The notes beneath the pieces are model-generated. The model did no database searches. It was not told where the DNA came from and saw nothing but the letters and a program-made list of their open reading frames with translations. Position numbers and translations under genes: made by a program. From the sequence record SRR20825010_2136: a DNA stretch of 64,000 nucleotides. One strand, 5' to 3'. Of the stretch, positions 50,600 through 60,139 are shown one piece after another (positions within the stretch are counted from its first letter, which is position 1; the number at the start of each line of letters is the position of its first letter).

Positions 50600-50701
50600 C
50601 TCATCTTTTCCTCGAAAACAATTCGAGGCTAGGAGTTAGCACCAGATTTTACAGGTTGCTAAGACATCACAGGGCCTAGTCCCTCAGTCTTTCTTGATAA
50701 G
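50600..50701 (-). ncRNA. SAM-I (S-box) riboswitch aptamer
   Basis: Minus strand CTTATCAAGAAAGACTGAGGGACTAGGCCCTGTGATGTCTTAGCAACC...GGTGCTAACTCC...AAAGATGAG, the canonical S-box signatures, upstream of metH/metF. Confidence 0.93.
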
Positions 50702-50841
50702 TGATGCAAAGAAAGTAAATAAAGAACAAACCGAAGATCGTTATTCAAATTATTTCAAGAAAAAATGACAGGAACATACTTCCATAAAAATCCACATGAT
50801 GATCCTTCTCACAATAATATTCTCTAATTTAATGCCCGTCT

Positions 50842-51750
50842 ATGAGTAGTCTAAGATTAGCAGCAATTGATATAGGTTCCAATGCCATAAGGTTTCAAGT
50901 CACAAACGTGTTGAGTTATGAAGGTCAACACATTTTCAAAAGACTAGAGTATGTAAGGTTTCCTTTACGACTGGGGCAAGATGTTTTTACACTCAAGAAA
51001 ATTGGGCCTGAAAAGGAAGATAAGTTCTTGAGGCTAATGCATGCGTTTAAACTGCTCATTGATCTGTATGAAGTAGATGATTATTATGGTTGCGCCACCT
51101 CTGCAATGCGTGAAGCAGAAAATGGATACAAACTAGCCGAAAAGGTAAACCAGCTTTTAGGGCTAAAAATCAGAATTATTAGCGGAGACGCGGAAGCTGA
51201 ACTCATTAATAAAGTGGTGCTCAAAAAGCTCGATAATGAGAACTATTTACATATTGACGTTGGCGGTGGCAGTACTGAACTCAACTTAATTTCCAATGGA
51301 AAGAAAGTGACCTCACAGTCTTTCAAAGTGGGTTCAGTAAGGAGCATTGAGCAATTAGGCACCTCTGATATTCTTGGGAAAATCGATAAATGGGTTCTGG
51401 AAAACGTAACGGGAAAATATAAAGTAATCAAAGCCATAGGAACTGGTGGAAACATCAATAAGACCTACGAACTGGCAAATAAGCGTAAGGTAGATCGTGT
51501 TCTCACATTGAAAGAAGTTTTGGATGTCCAAACCTATGTATCAAGTTTCACTTTAGATGAAAGGATTCATAAACTTCAGCTTAACCCTGACAGGGCTGAT
51601 GTACTAATTCCGGCTTCACATATTTATATGCATGTGATGAAATCTGCCAAATGTCGTAAAATTTTAGTACCGGATGTTGGTCTCAAAGATGGCATAATGC
51701 ACATGTTGTACGAAAGAAATATTAAGGATACTGAGGTTGACTTTAAATAA
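50842..51750 (+). CDS. ppx: Ppx/GppA family exopolyphosphatase
   Basis: AAIDIGSNAIR, LRLG, ATSAMREA, IDVGGGSTE, DRADVLIP and GLKDG motifs. Confidence 0.92.
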   Translation: MSSLRLAAIDIGSNAIRFQVTNVLSYEGQHIFKRLEYVRFPLRLGQDVFTLKKIGPEKEDKFLRLMHAFKLLIDLYEVDDYYGCATSAMREAENGYKLAEKVNQLLGLKIRIISGDAEAELINKVVLKKLDNENYLHIDVGGGSTELNLISNGKKVTSQSFKVGSVRSIEQLGTSDILGKIDKWVLENVTGKYKVIKAIGTGGNINKTYELANKRKVDRVLTLKEVLDVQTYVSSFTLDERIHKLQLNPDRADVLIPASHIYMHVMKSAKCRKILVPDVGLKDGIMHMLYERNIKDTEVDFK

Positions 51751-51850
51751 AGAATTTACACTCTATATCCAATTCCTACCCTTGGTGTAAATCGTTATAG
51801 CCCATTAAACCATTAGGCTTCAGACACGTCCAATGCTGAAACGAATCAAA

Positions 51851-52267
51851 ATGAGAAAAAGAACTCTATTAATTGTGGCGATATTCTTTGCTGTAGCAGC
51901 AACAGCATTCGCTCAGCGTGGCGGTCAAGGTGGGCAAAGACCTGACCCTAAAGTACAAGCCAAAACTACCGCAGATACTTGGCAAGAAAAATTTGGTTTA
52001 TCAGATGAACAACGCACTAAGGTTTATGACCTACTTATTGTTTCTTCTGAGAAACAAACGGCAAAGATGACCGAACTAAGAGGTAGTGGTACTATGGATC
52101 GTGATGCAATGACAGCAGCAATGACCAAAATGCAAGAAGATCAAGATAAGGAATTGAAGAAAATTTTCAGTGCAACCCAATGGACTGCATATGAAGTATG
52201 GAAGAAAGAAAACCCACCAACGCAAGGAAGAAGAGGGGGAGGCGGAGGCCGAGGCGGACAAGAATAG
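51851..52267 (+). CDS. Secreted helical hypothetical protein (DUF4890/Spy-like)
   Basis: Signal peptide ending AFA-Q; GLSDEQ and LKKIFSATQWTAY segments; Gly/Arg-rich ends. ATG at 51851 preferred. Confidence 0.7.
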   Translation: MRKRTLLIVAIFFAVAATAFAQRGGQGGQRPDPKVQAKTTADTWQEKFGLSDEQRTKVYDLLIVSSEKQTAKMTELRGSGTMDRDAMTAAMTKMQEDQDKELKKIFSATQWTAYEVWKKENPPTQGRRGGGGGRGGQE

Positions 52268-52289
52268 TCTTTGTTTTTTCAGTTGATAG

Positions 52290-52322
52290 AAACCCGATAA
52301 CTAAATAATATCGGGTTTTTTT
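52290..52322. terminator. Bidirectional terminator
   Basis: AAACCCGATA-N9-TATCGGGTTTTTTT between convergent genes. Confidence 0.75.
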
Positions 52323-52608
52323 ATGCCTTAAAACCCTTAACACCCGCTGACTTCTTCTTAAAAGTGACTTTAAAGTAAATTAAAATCAAGCTGAGAACGA
52401 GTATAGCTGAATTGGCTATAATCACTGGGATTAAGCCCAAAGCAAAGCCATAAATAAGCCATACAATAGTGCTGCAAAAAACGATCACGAGCATCCCCAT
52501 ACTTAAATCATCAGCACTCTTAATTTTCCATGTTCGAATAACTTGAGGTAAAAAAGTCAAGCTACTTAAAATTGCCCCCATCAAGCCCATTGATTCGTAT
52601 ATATCCAT
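52321..52608 (-). CDS. SemiSWEET (PQ-loop) sugar transporter
   Basis: FLPQVIRTWK.KSA.DLS, WLIYG and PVIIAN motifs; three TM helices. Confidence 0.92.
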   Translation of the reverse strand: MDIYESMGLMGAILSSLTFLPQVIRTWKIKSADDLSMGMLVIVFCSTIVWLIYGFALGLIPVIIANSAILVLSLILIYFKVTFKKKSAGVKGFKA

Positions 52609-52701
52609 CTCGTTCTATCTAGGCCGAAATTTATTACAATATTTCGGTAGATTTTTGAAATCAGAAAGCTTGTATCAAAACATAACCTAGGGGTAAAGGG
52701 C

Positions 52702-52743
52702 AGAAACCGATCCCAAAGACTTGACCCTTCGAGATCGGCTTCT
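52702..52743 (-). terminator. Hairpin after the ABC permease array
   Basis: Minus strand AGAAGCCGATCTCGAAG-N8-CTTTGGGATCGGTTTCT; G:U pairs favour the minus strand. Confidence 0.5.
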
Positions 52744-52769
52744 ATAGTTGAGTTTCTCTTTACTGACTA

Positions 52770-55211
52770 TTACTCGTATCGCAAAGCCTCAATTGGATTG
52801 CGCCTAGCCACTTTGATGGATTGGAAAACCACCGTTAGAAAGGCAACCCCAAGGATTAAAACTGCGGGTATGGCAAAGATGTACCAAGCCAGATCAATTT
52901 GATAGGAGAAAGTTTGAAGCCACTTTTCGGCACCAAAATAAGTAATTGGAAGGGCTATTATTACGGAAAGAAGAATAAGCTTCATGAAGTTTGTAGACAG
53001 CATTTGTATGATGCTAGAAACGTTTGCCCCCAGAACCTTTCTAATACCAATCTCCTTAATCTTCTGCTGAACTTCGTAAAGCACTAAACCGAATAAACCT
53101 AAGATAGAAACAAAAATAGTGATAGAAGCAAAAACACCGAAAACGGTTCCAAACTGCTGATCGGCCTTATATTGCTCGTTAAACTTCTCATCAAGGAAGA
53201 AGTAATCAAAATCACTATTTGGATAAACAGTTCGATAAGCACTTTCAATTTTAGCTACCATGGCTTTATATGACCCCCCTGAATTTTCAGCATTCAGTTT
53301 CACAGAAGCATAATTCCCATTATCTCCCTCCTTATCGAACCAAAAAACGGTAGGGTCAACACTAGTTTTGAGTGAATGATGGTTGTAATCATTGAACACT
53401 CCTAAGACCTGAACTTCATTACCCCAAAAATAAACCTTAGCTCCTATTGCTTCTTCGTTTGAATTAAGACCCAACATTCTTCTGGCTGTTTCATTTACCA
53501 TGATAGAAGTAAGTTTTTCGCTAGCTGAAATATCTCTTTCATCGTTAAAATTACGACCAGCTAAAACCTGAAAGCCAAAAGTTGGAACAAATTCAGCATC
53601 TATCCTGTAGAAAAAGAAAACGCTATTTTGAGCTTCTTCATGGCCCTGGGCATAAATTCCTGTCCCGGTATTCATTTCGCCTGTTCCTTGACCAAACAAG
53701 GTTTCGGAATAAGTTACATTGGCCACTTGCGGCAATCGCTTTAGTTCGGTTTTGAAAGCTTGGCGTTTTTGCAATTGTGCCTCATTAGAATCGGCTACTA
53801 ATGGCGATCGTACCACCACGGTTCGGTCTATATTTACCCCCAATTTTTGATTCCGCATTTCTTGCACCTGAGAATAAATCACCATCGTTCCAGCCAAAAG
53901 CACCATGGTAATCATAAATTGAAACACCACCAGTCCCTTTCTGAGTACTATTCCTTTTTTGGAACTTGCAAGGCTACCTTTGAGTACTTCAAGCGGCTTA
54001 TAGTTCGATAATACTAATGCCGGGTAAACACCCGAAGCCAGTGTACCTATAAAAAGCAGGCCCATGACAAAGCCAAAAAGCGCTAGTTCTGAGAACACGT
54101 TAAAACTTAAACTGAGTCCAGAGAACTGATTAAAGAAAGGCAAAACACCCTGAATCAGCGTGAGTGTAAGTACCAAGGATAAAAAGTTAATCAGGAAAGA
54201 CTCTGTCAAAAATTGACTTAACAAAGCGCCCCTATTAGAGCCCAAAACCTTCCTTACCCCTACTTCTTTGCCTCTTTCCAAAGCTTTTGCGGTAGATAGA
54301 TTTATGTAGTTTACCCAAGCAATCACCAGAACAAATAAAGCAACGACTAATAAAATATTTACGGTTGCTTGATTTCCGTTCACATCTGCTTCAAAGGTTT
54401 TGTCAGAATTAAGGTGAATATCTGTTAGGGGTTGAATGATCAATTTTTCGGCCCTGTCAGCTTCTGTTTTGGCTAAAAAACTCTGATTGAAACGTTCGGT
54501 AAAAGCATTATCGAGCTTTGCTCCATTCGTTTTTAAATACATAAATTCATTATTCCCGCTCCAATTATTGTAATCCCATTCTAAGTATTGGACTCCTGTT
54601 GCATAAGAAATAAGGATATCGAATTTAAGATGCGCATTTTCCGGAACATCTTTAATCACTCCAGTCACTTGCATTGGAATTTCAGCCCCACCAGGTACCG
54701 CTGTTAGAATTTTACCCATTGGGTCTTCATCACCAAAATACTTTTTCGCCACGCTTTCGGTAATTACAATCTTGGCTACTTCATTCAATGCCGATGCTTT
54801 ATCCCCTTGAGTCACTCCCCAATCAAAAACACTTAGCCAGCCCGGGTTGGCAAAATACACCTGGTCTTCATTAAAGGCTTTGTCCTCATTTTTGAAAAGA
54901 AAACGACCAATATGGCGCACCATGGCAAAGTCTTTTACTTCCGGAAAATCCTCTATAGCCATAGGCCCAACTGCAGGGTAACATTGAGCATCGGAAGTTT
55001 GTAAAGTACCTTCGGCATATAAGTCTACTGTCACACGATAAATATCTTCGGCCTGTGGATGAAAACCATCGTAACTCATTTCGAATCGAGCATAAGTCAG
55101 AATCAGAAAACAGACCGTCATGCCAATCGTAAGTCCAAAGACATTGATGATTGCGAATGACTTTCTCTTCTTGATGTTTCTTAAAGCGACTAATAAGTTA
55201 TTTTTAAACAT
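52770..55211 (-). CDS. ABC transporter permease, MacB/FtsX type (paralogue 4)
   Basis: IINVFGLTIG, NYINLSTA..LERGKEVGVRKVLG, KEIGIRKVLGA; ends NPIEALRYE. Confidence 0.93.
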   Translation of the reverse strand: MFKNNLLVALRNIKKRKSFAIINVFGLTIGMTVCFLILTYARFEMSYDGFHPQAEDIYRVTVDLYAEGTLQTSDAQCYPAVGPMAIEDFPEVKDFAMVRHIGRFLFKNEDKAFNEDQVYFANPGWLSVFDWGVTQGDKASALNEVAKIVITESVAKKYFGDEDPMGKILTAVPGGAEIPMQVTGVIKDVPENAHLKFDILISYATGVQYLEWDYNNWSGNNEFMYLKTNGAKLDNAFTERFNQSFLAKTEADRAEKLIIQPLTDIHLNSDKTFEADVNGNQATVNILLVVALFVLVIAWVNYINLSTAKALERGKEVGVRKVLGSNRGALLSQFLTESFLINFLSLVLTLTLIQGVLPFFNQFSGLSLSFNVFSELALFGFVMGLLFIGTLASGVYPALVLSNYKPLEVLKGSLASSKKGIVLRKGLVVFQFMITMVLLAGTMVIYSQVQEMRNQKLGVNIDRTVVVRSPLVADSNEAQLQKRQAFKTELKRLPQVANVTYSETLFGQGTGEMNTGTGIYAQGHEEAQNSVFFFYRIDAEFVPTFGFQVLAGRNFNDERDISASEKLTSIMVNETARRMLGLNSNEEAIGAKVYFWGNEVQVLGVFNDYNHHSLKTSVDPTVFWFDKEGDNGNYASVKLNAENSGGSYKAMVAKIESAYRTVYPNSDFDYFFLDEKFNEQYKADQQFGTVFGVFASITIFVSILGLFGLVLYEVQQKIKEIGIRKVLGANVSSIIQMLSTNFMKLILLSVIIALPITYFGAEKWLQTFSYQIDLAWYIFAIPAVLILGVAFLTVVFQSIKVARRNPIEALRYE

Positions 55212-55247
55212 GGTATTGAATTAAGATTGTAAATGTTGTTTTGAGTT

Positions 55248-57698
55248 TTATTCGCAGCGAAGTGATTGAACAGGATTTAACCGAGCGACTTTTAGGGTTT
55301 GCCCTATCACAATACCTAAAGAGATAAATGCGATAACCGCCAATGGTAGCGCAAAGAAAACCCAACCAATATTGGTTCTAAATGCATAGCCTTCTAGCCA
55401 TGATTCAGCACCCATATAAATTAAAGGAAGGCCGATAAAATTGGCCAACAGAATAAGCCAAAGAAACTCCTTGGAGAGCAATTGCAAAACATCAACAACG
55501 GAAGCGCCCAAGACCTTTCTGATCCCAATTTCCTTTGTCCGCTGAACAGCGGTGTACCCTACTAAACCAAAAAGTCCTAAACAAGCAATAGCGATTGTCA
55601 ATAGAGAAAATAGGTTGAAAATGCTCCCAAATTGTTCGTCAGACTTATAAAGGTTATTGAATCTGGCATCCATAAAACCATACTCGAATACATCCCCTGG
55701 ATAGAACTCATTGTAGGTTTGCTCAATATATGATAATGTTTGTGGCACATTATCGGCACTCACCCTAATTTGATATGTATCGCTATAGCCAAAATAAATA
55801 GGTATAATTAGCATAGGTTCTATGGACTCTTTAAGTGAGCGATGATGAAAATCCTCTGTTATGCCTACAATAGTCCATTCCTGTCCGAAGAACAATAACT
55901 TTTTATTCACAGCCTCTTCTGCAGTTTTAAACCCTAGTAATTTGGATGCCTTCTCATTTATTATAGCTGCATCAATTAGCCGTGGATCATCTTTGTGATC
56001 TGCTGGGCGAAAAGGTCTCCCTGCTAGAAAATTGATTTGGTAAACATCAAAAAACCTATAGTTAGCCCCCATCCGATTAAGCATATGACCTTCAGTTTGG
56101 CCCAGCCTTCTCACATCAAAAACCCTTGGCATACGGCTTCCAAAAACATTGGAGGATGTACCAGCCTTTATGACATGTGCATTTTGTTCAAGTTTGTTGA
56201 GAAAGGTGTTCATATGAACTACAATAGTCGTATCAAAATTTGCCAATGAAGGCCCCTCCACGGTAACTACTTGCTCCATATTTAATCCCAAATCCTGACG
56301 CTTCATGAATTGGGTTTGTTTCACCACTAGATAAGTGCCAGCAATAAGTGCCGTAGAAAGAATAAATTGAAAAGTGACTAAGGACTTTCTCAAAATCCGA
56401 CCTTGCGTACTTTTTCCATAATCTCCTTTAAGAGTCTGAAAAGGCTTAAAGCCAGAAAGGATAAAGGCTGGATAAATGCCTGATCCTATAGAGCCCAATA
56501 ATAGAATAATAAGCATCCAGACAAACACTTGAAGTGAGCCAAGCTTCAAAAATATAAACTCTAACAAAGACAGGTTTTCTTCGACCAAATTGTTAAACGG
56601 AACTTGCAAGGCCTGTACGAGAGTAATTGCCAATACAAATGCCAAGAGGTTCAGCATCATTGATTCGGTCAAGTATTGTCTAATTAACTGAATCCGGCTG
56701 GCACCCACTACCTTTCGTATCCCTACCTCCTTAGCCCTTTGTAAGGATTTGGAGGTTGTCAAGTTCACATAGTTCACCCAGGCCATGATTATAATAAAGC
56801 CAGCAATAATTATGAGAACCCAAACCATTTTACCATCTGAAGTTTCATGAATTTCATACTCATAATCAGAATATAGATGTACATCCGCCAAAGGTTGAAG
56901 GTGGAACTTTTCGAGGTTTCCTGTCACTTCATCTCCCCTGAAGTACTTCTCTGAGAAATCAACGAACTTCTCCTGAAATTTGCTGTAGTCTACACTTTCG
57001 GCCAGTTCTATATAGTGGAAATAATCAGAATTGTTCCAACTAAAACGGGCAGATTCTCCCCAGAGACTAAAGATTGTTACTCGCGAAAGAAGTGCTTCAT
57101 ATGGAAGACTCGAATTAGTTGGTGGGTCTGCCACGACTCCAGAAAGCTGCCATTTTAATCTTTCTGAGCCCATTTCTAAAACAGTACCTAGGTAGTCTGT
57201 CCAATCACCCTCCGTAGTCTGAAAAATTTTCTCCGCCATCGACTCGGTCAATACAACCTGGTAATTCTCGCTCACAAAGGTCTCACGGTTTCCAGCTAGT
57301 ACCTCGATATCAAACATTTCGAAAAATGAAGGTTCAACTAATAATGCCGAAGATATTTCTGAAGCCTTATTCTCATATAAAAAAACATTCCCATCAAAAG
57401 TGTTGACTGTGGTATAATTCACAATTTCTGGATAATCTTCTGCCATTTGAGGCCCCACCGCAGAGTAGGTAATCTGACCACGCTGAAGCAATTGATCGCC
57501 TTCAAAGCGTTCATTCATTACTCGATATATCTGATCTGACTTGTGGTGATACTTATCGAAGCTCAGCTGAAAAAAGGCATATTCTAAAATAAAGATACAA
57601 GCGGCCAAACCAATGGAAAGCCCGAGTATATTGACCAAAGAGAAAGTTGTGTTCTTTCTTAAAGACCTGAATGTTGTTTTGAGATAGTTTTTGAACAT
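55248..57698 (-). CDS. ABC transporter permease, MacB/FtsX type (paralogue 3)
   Basis: NILGLSIG, RAKEVGIRKVVGA, RTKEIGIRKVLGA; ends NPVQSLRCE. Confidence 0.93.
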   Translation of the reverse strand: MFKNYLKTTFRSLRKNTTFSLVNILGLSIGLAACIFILEYAFFQLSFDKYHHKSDQIYRVMNERFEGDQLLQRGQITYSAVGPQMAEDYPEIVNYTTVNTFDGNVFLYENKASEISSALLVEPSFFEMFDIEVLAGNRETFVSENYQVVLTESMAEKIFQTTEGDWTDYLGTVLEMGSERLKWQLSGVVADPPTNSSLPYEALLSRVTIFSLWGESARFSWNNSDYFHYIELAESVDYSKFQEKFVDFSEKYFRGDEVTGNLEKFHLQPLADVHLYSDYEYEIHETSDGKMVWVLIIIAGFIIIMAWVNYVNLTTSKSLQRAKEVGIRKVVGASRIQLIRQYLTESMMLNLLAFVLAITLVQALQVPFNNLVEENLSLLEFIFLKLGSLQVFVWMLIILLLGSIGSGIYPAFILSGFKPFQTLKGDYGKSTQGRILRKSLVTFQFILSTALIAGTYLVVKQTQFMKRQDLGLNMEQVVTVEGPSLANFDTTIVVHMNTFLNKLEQNAHVIKAGTSSNVFGSRMPRVFDVRRLGQTEGHMLNRMGANYRFFDVYQINFLAGRPFRPADHKDDPRLIDAAIINEKASKLLGFKTAEEAVNKKLLFFGQEWTIVGITEDFHHRSLKESIEPMLIIPIYFGYSDTYQIRVSADNVPQTLSYIEQTYNEFYPGDVFEYGFMDARFNNLYKSDEQFGSIFNLFSLLTIAIACLGLFGLVGYTAVQRTKEIGIRKVLGASVVDVLQLLSKEFLWLILLANFIGLPLIYMGAESWLEGYAFRTNIGWVFFALPLAVIAFISLGIVIGQTLKVARLNPVQSLRCE

Positions 57699-57709
57699 GA
57701 GTTATAAGT

Positions 57710-60127
57710 TTATTCGTAACGAAGTGAATCGGAAGGATTCGTATTGGCTGTCTTTAAAACTTGATAACCCACTGTAAACAAGGTGAGTACAAAGACAATC
57801 AGCATAGGAAAAATAAATAAAGTAGCTCCTATGTTTATGTGGTTTGCAAAATTGGCCAACCACTTGTTAAGGAAAATGTAGCCTATGGGTATAGAAATGA
57901 GGGACGCTAATAAAATCAGCCATGCATATTCTTTTGTTAAAAGAAGAACTAACTGATGAACAGAAGCCCCTAGCACTTTTCTCACACTTACTTCTTTGGA
58001 TCTTCTGTTGATATTGTAAAGTGATAATCCAAACAGACCGAGTACGGTAATCACGATCGCCAATATTGAAAAGAAGCTCACAATACTTCCGAAAAGGCGA
58101 TCTGATTTGTATTGTCTATTGAAATAATCATCCAAGAAGAAATACTCGAAGTAGCTATTTGAATAACTTTGGTCAAAAGCTTGTTCAATTTGGGCCATTG
58201 TATTTTGTACATCTTCAGTACCCAACTTTATAGAATAGTATATTACCCTATCATGATGGGTGTAAATATGAGGTGCAATATTTGACTTTAATGACTCTTG
58301 ACTGATATCGTCCACAATACCGACTAAAGTATAAGGTTCGGTTTCATAATAAATGGTTTGGCCAATCCAGTCTGCTAGTCCTTCGCCTTGTAATAAATCC
58401 TTAGCAGCCGATAGACTCAGAATTAAAGACTGACTATCATTAAAGTCTTTACTAAAATTTCTACCATACAGGATTTCAATATCATAGAGGTCTATAAATG
58501 ATTCATCCACAGATATATCTTTGGCATACAAAGCTTTATCATCCTCGTCTGGGCCCAGTGCTACAAACCTCATTCTTGAAATTTCATAGCCTGGAATCTC
58601 AGAAGAGGCTGCAATAGATTGCACTCCGCTCATCGTTTTCACATCGTTGATGAAAGCAGACTTGGTATCCTCCCTATTGGCTTCATCCATGAAGGGCTTT
58701 TTCACAATCAGGGTTTGGTCAATATCCATCCCCAAAGATTGGTTCTTCATAAAATTTAACTGCGATTGAACAGCCATTGTGCCTAAAATCAAAACCAAAG
58801 CCACCACATTTTGAAAAACCGTGAGTGATTTTCTAAGGGCTAAGCCAGAACTGCTGGTTTTTGCCTTTCCCTTTAAAACCACAGTGACTTTCTGTATTGA
58901 AAATAGCCAAGCTGGATACAGCGCAAAAAACAGAGAACCCAAGGTAAAGAGCAGAAGCAATACCAAGGTCTGATTTAGTGAGTCTTCACCAAAAAAATCA
59001 ACCGGAATGCCTAATAAGTTTTTAAAGAACACACTGCTAAACTGTAATAGCGTAAGTGCTAAGAGTATTGCAAGGAAATTGATGATAAGTCCTTCTATCA
59101 GAAATTGGCCAATGAGCTGTGACTTAATACCGCCCAAAACCTTTCTTATACCCACTTCTTTACTTCTATCAATCAACTTAGCGGTGCTCAGGTTTACATA
59201 ATTCACCCACGCAATGATCATGATGAAAATGCCAACTATGCTCAGGAAGCCCACAGTCGACTTATTGCCATTCACTTCCATTTCAAAAGAATGGTGCGAG
59301 GTTAGGTGGATGTCTTGAATGTTTTGTAGTTTAAAAGTCACCCCCTCATCTTTAAACCAAGCACCTTCTATCCCTACAAAAGCCCTGTTGATTTTGTCTT
59401 CAAGCAAATTGGGATCACCCGAATTATTAAGTTTTAGATAAGTAAAAAAGTTACCCCATCCATAATTATTGTCCAAGTCCCATTCGCTAGGCAATGACTT
59501 AAAAGAAACCAGCACATCATATTTGAAATGTGTGTTTTCAGCAAGTTCTTCGAAAACACCAGTCACTTTAAAATCCTGCTCCATGTTTTTAAACCTTAGC
59601 AGCTTACCAATTGCAGAATCTTCACCAAAAAAACGTTCTTTATAAGAAGAGGAAATCACGACCTCATACGGATTTTCCAAGGAAGCTATGCTTTCCCCTT
59701 CCACCCAATTCATGGTAAAAATCTTTAATGCATCGTCATCAGCAAAAAATGCCTTGGGTATATTAAAAGTTTTGATATCTCCTGAGGGGGCGTAATAGCT
59801 GAGAGCAAACGACTGATAGATATAATCGTAGTGAATTACGCGGGCAATATTTTCGACCTCTGGAATAGAGCTTTTGATTACAGGAGCCATTGGCGGAAAT
59901 ACTGACACCACTCCATCATCTGGAGACTCTTCTTCCGCTATTCTATAAATCCTAAATACCCTCTCGGCATTTTCAATATGACTGTCATAGCTCTTTTCGA
60001 ATGACACATATTTGAAAATGAGTAGACAGGCCACCATAGAAAGAGATAGCCCTAAGATATTAATCAGAGAAAAAACCTTATTTCTCTTTAAGTGGCGAAT
60101 AGCAATAAGTATGTTGTTTTTGAACAT
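57710..60127 (-). CDS. ABC transporter permease, MacB/FtsX type (paralogue 2)
   Basis: INILGLSLS, RSKEVGIRKVLG, RSKEVSVRKVLGA; ends NPSDSLRYE. Confidence 0.93.
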   Translation of the reverse strand: MFKNNILIAIRHLKRNKVFSLINILGLSLSMVACLLIFKYVSFEKSYDSHIENAERVFRIYRIAEEESPDDGVVSVFPPMAPVIKSSIPEVENIARVIHYDYIYQSFALSYYAPSGDIKTFNIPKAFFADDDALKIFTMNWVEGESIASLENPYEVVISSSYKERFFGEDSAIGKLLRFKNMEQDFKVTGVFEELAENTHFKYDVLVSFKSLPSEWDLDNNYGWGNFFTYLKLNNSGDPNLLEDKINRAFVGIEGAWFKDEGVTFKLQNIQDIHLTSHHSFEMEVNGNKSTVGFLSIVGIFIMIIAWVNYVNLSTAKLIDRSKEVGIRKVLGGIKSQLIGQFLIEGLIINFLAILLALTLLQFSSVFFKNLLGIPVDFFGEDSLNQTLVLLLLFTLGSLFFALYPAWLFSIQKVTVVLKGKAKTSSSGLALRKSLTVFQNVVALVLILGTMAVQSQLNFMKNQSLGMDIDQTLIVKKPFMDEANREDTKSAFINDVKTMSGVQSIAASSEIPGYEISRMRFVALGPDEDDKALYAKDISVDESFIDLYDIEILYGRNFSKDFNDSQSLILSLSAAKDLLQGEGLADWIGQTIYYETEPYTLVGIVDDISQESLKSNIAPHIYTHHDRVIYYSIKLGTEDVQNTMAQIEQAFDQSYSNSYFEYFFLDDYFNRQYKSDRLFGSIVSFFSILAIVITVLGLFGLSLYNINRRSKEVSVRKVLGASVHQLVLLLTKEYAWLILLASLISIPIGYIFLNKWLANFANHINIGATLFIFPMLIVFVLTLFTVGYQVLKTANTNPSDSLRYE

Positions 60128-60139
60128 GCTGTTTTGAGT

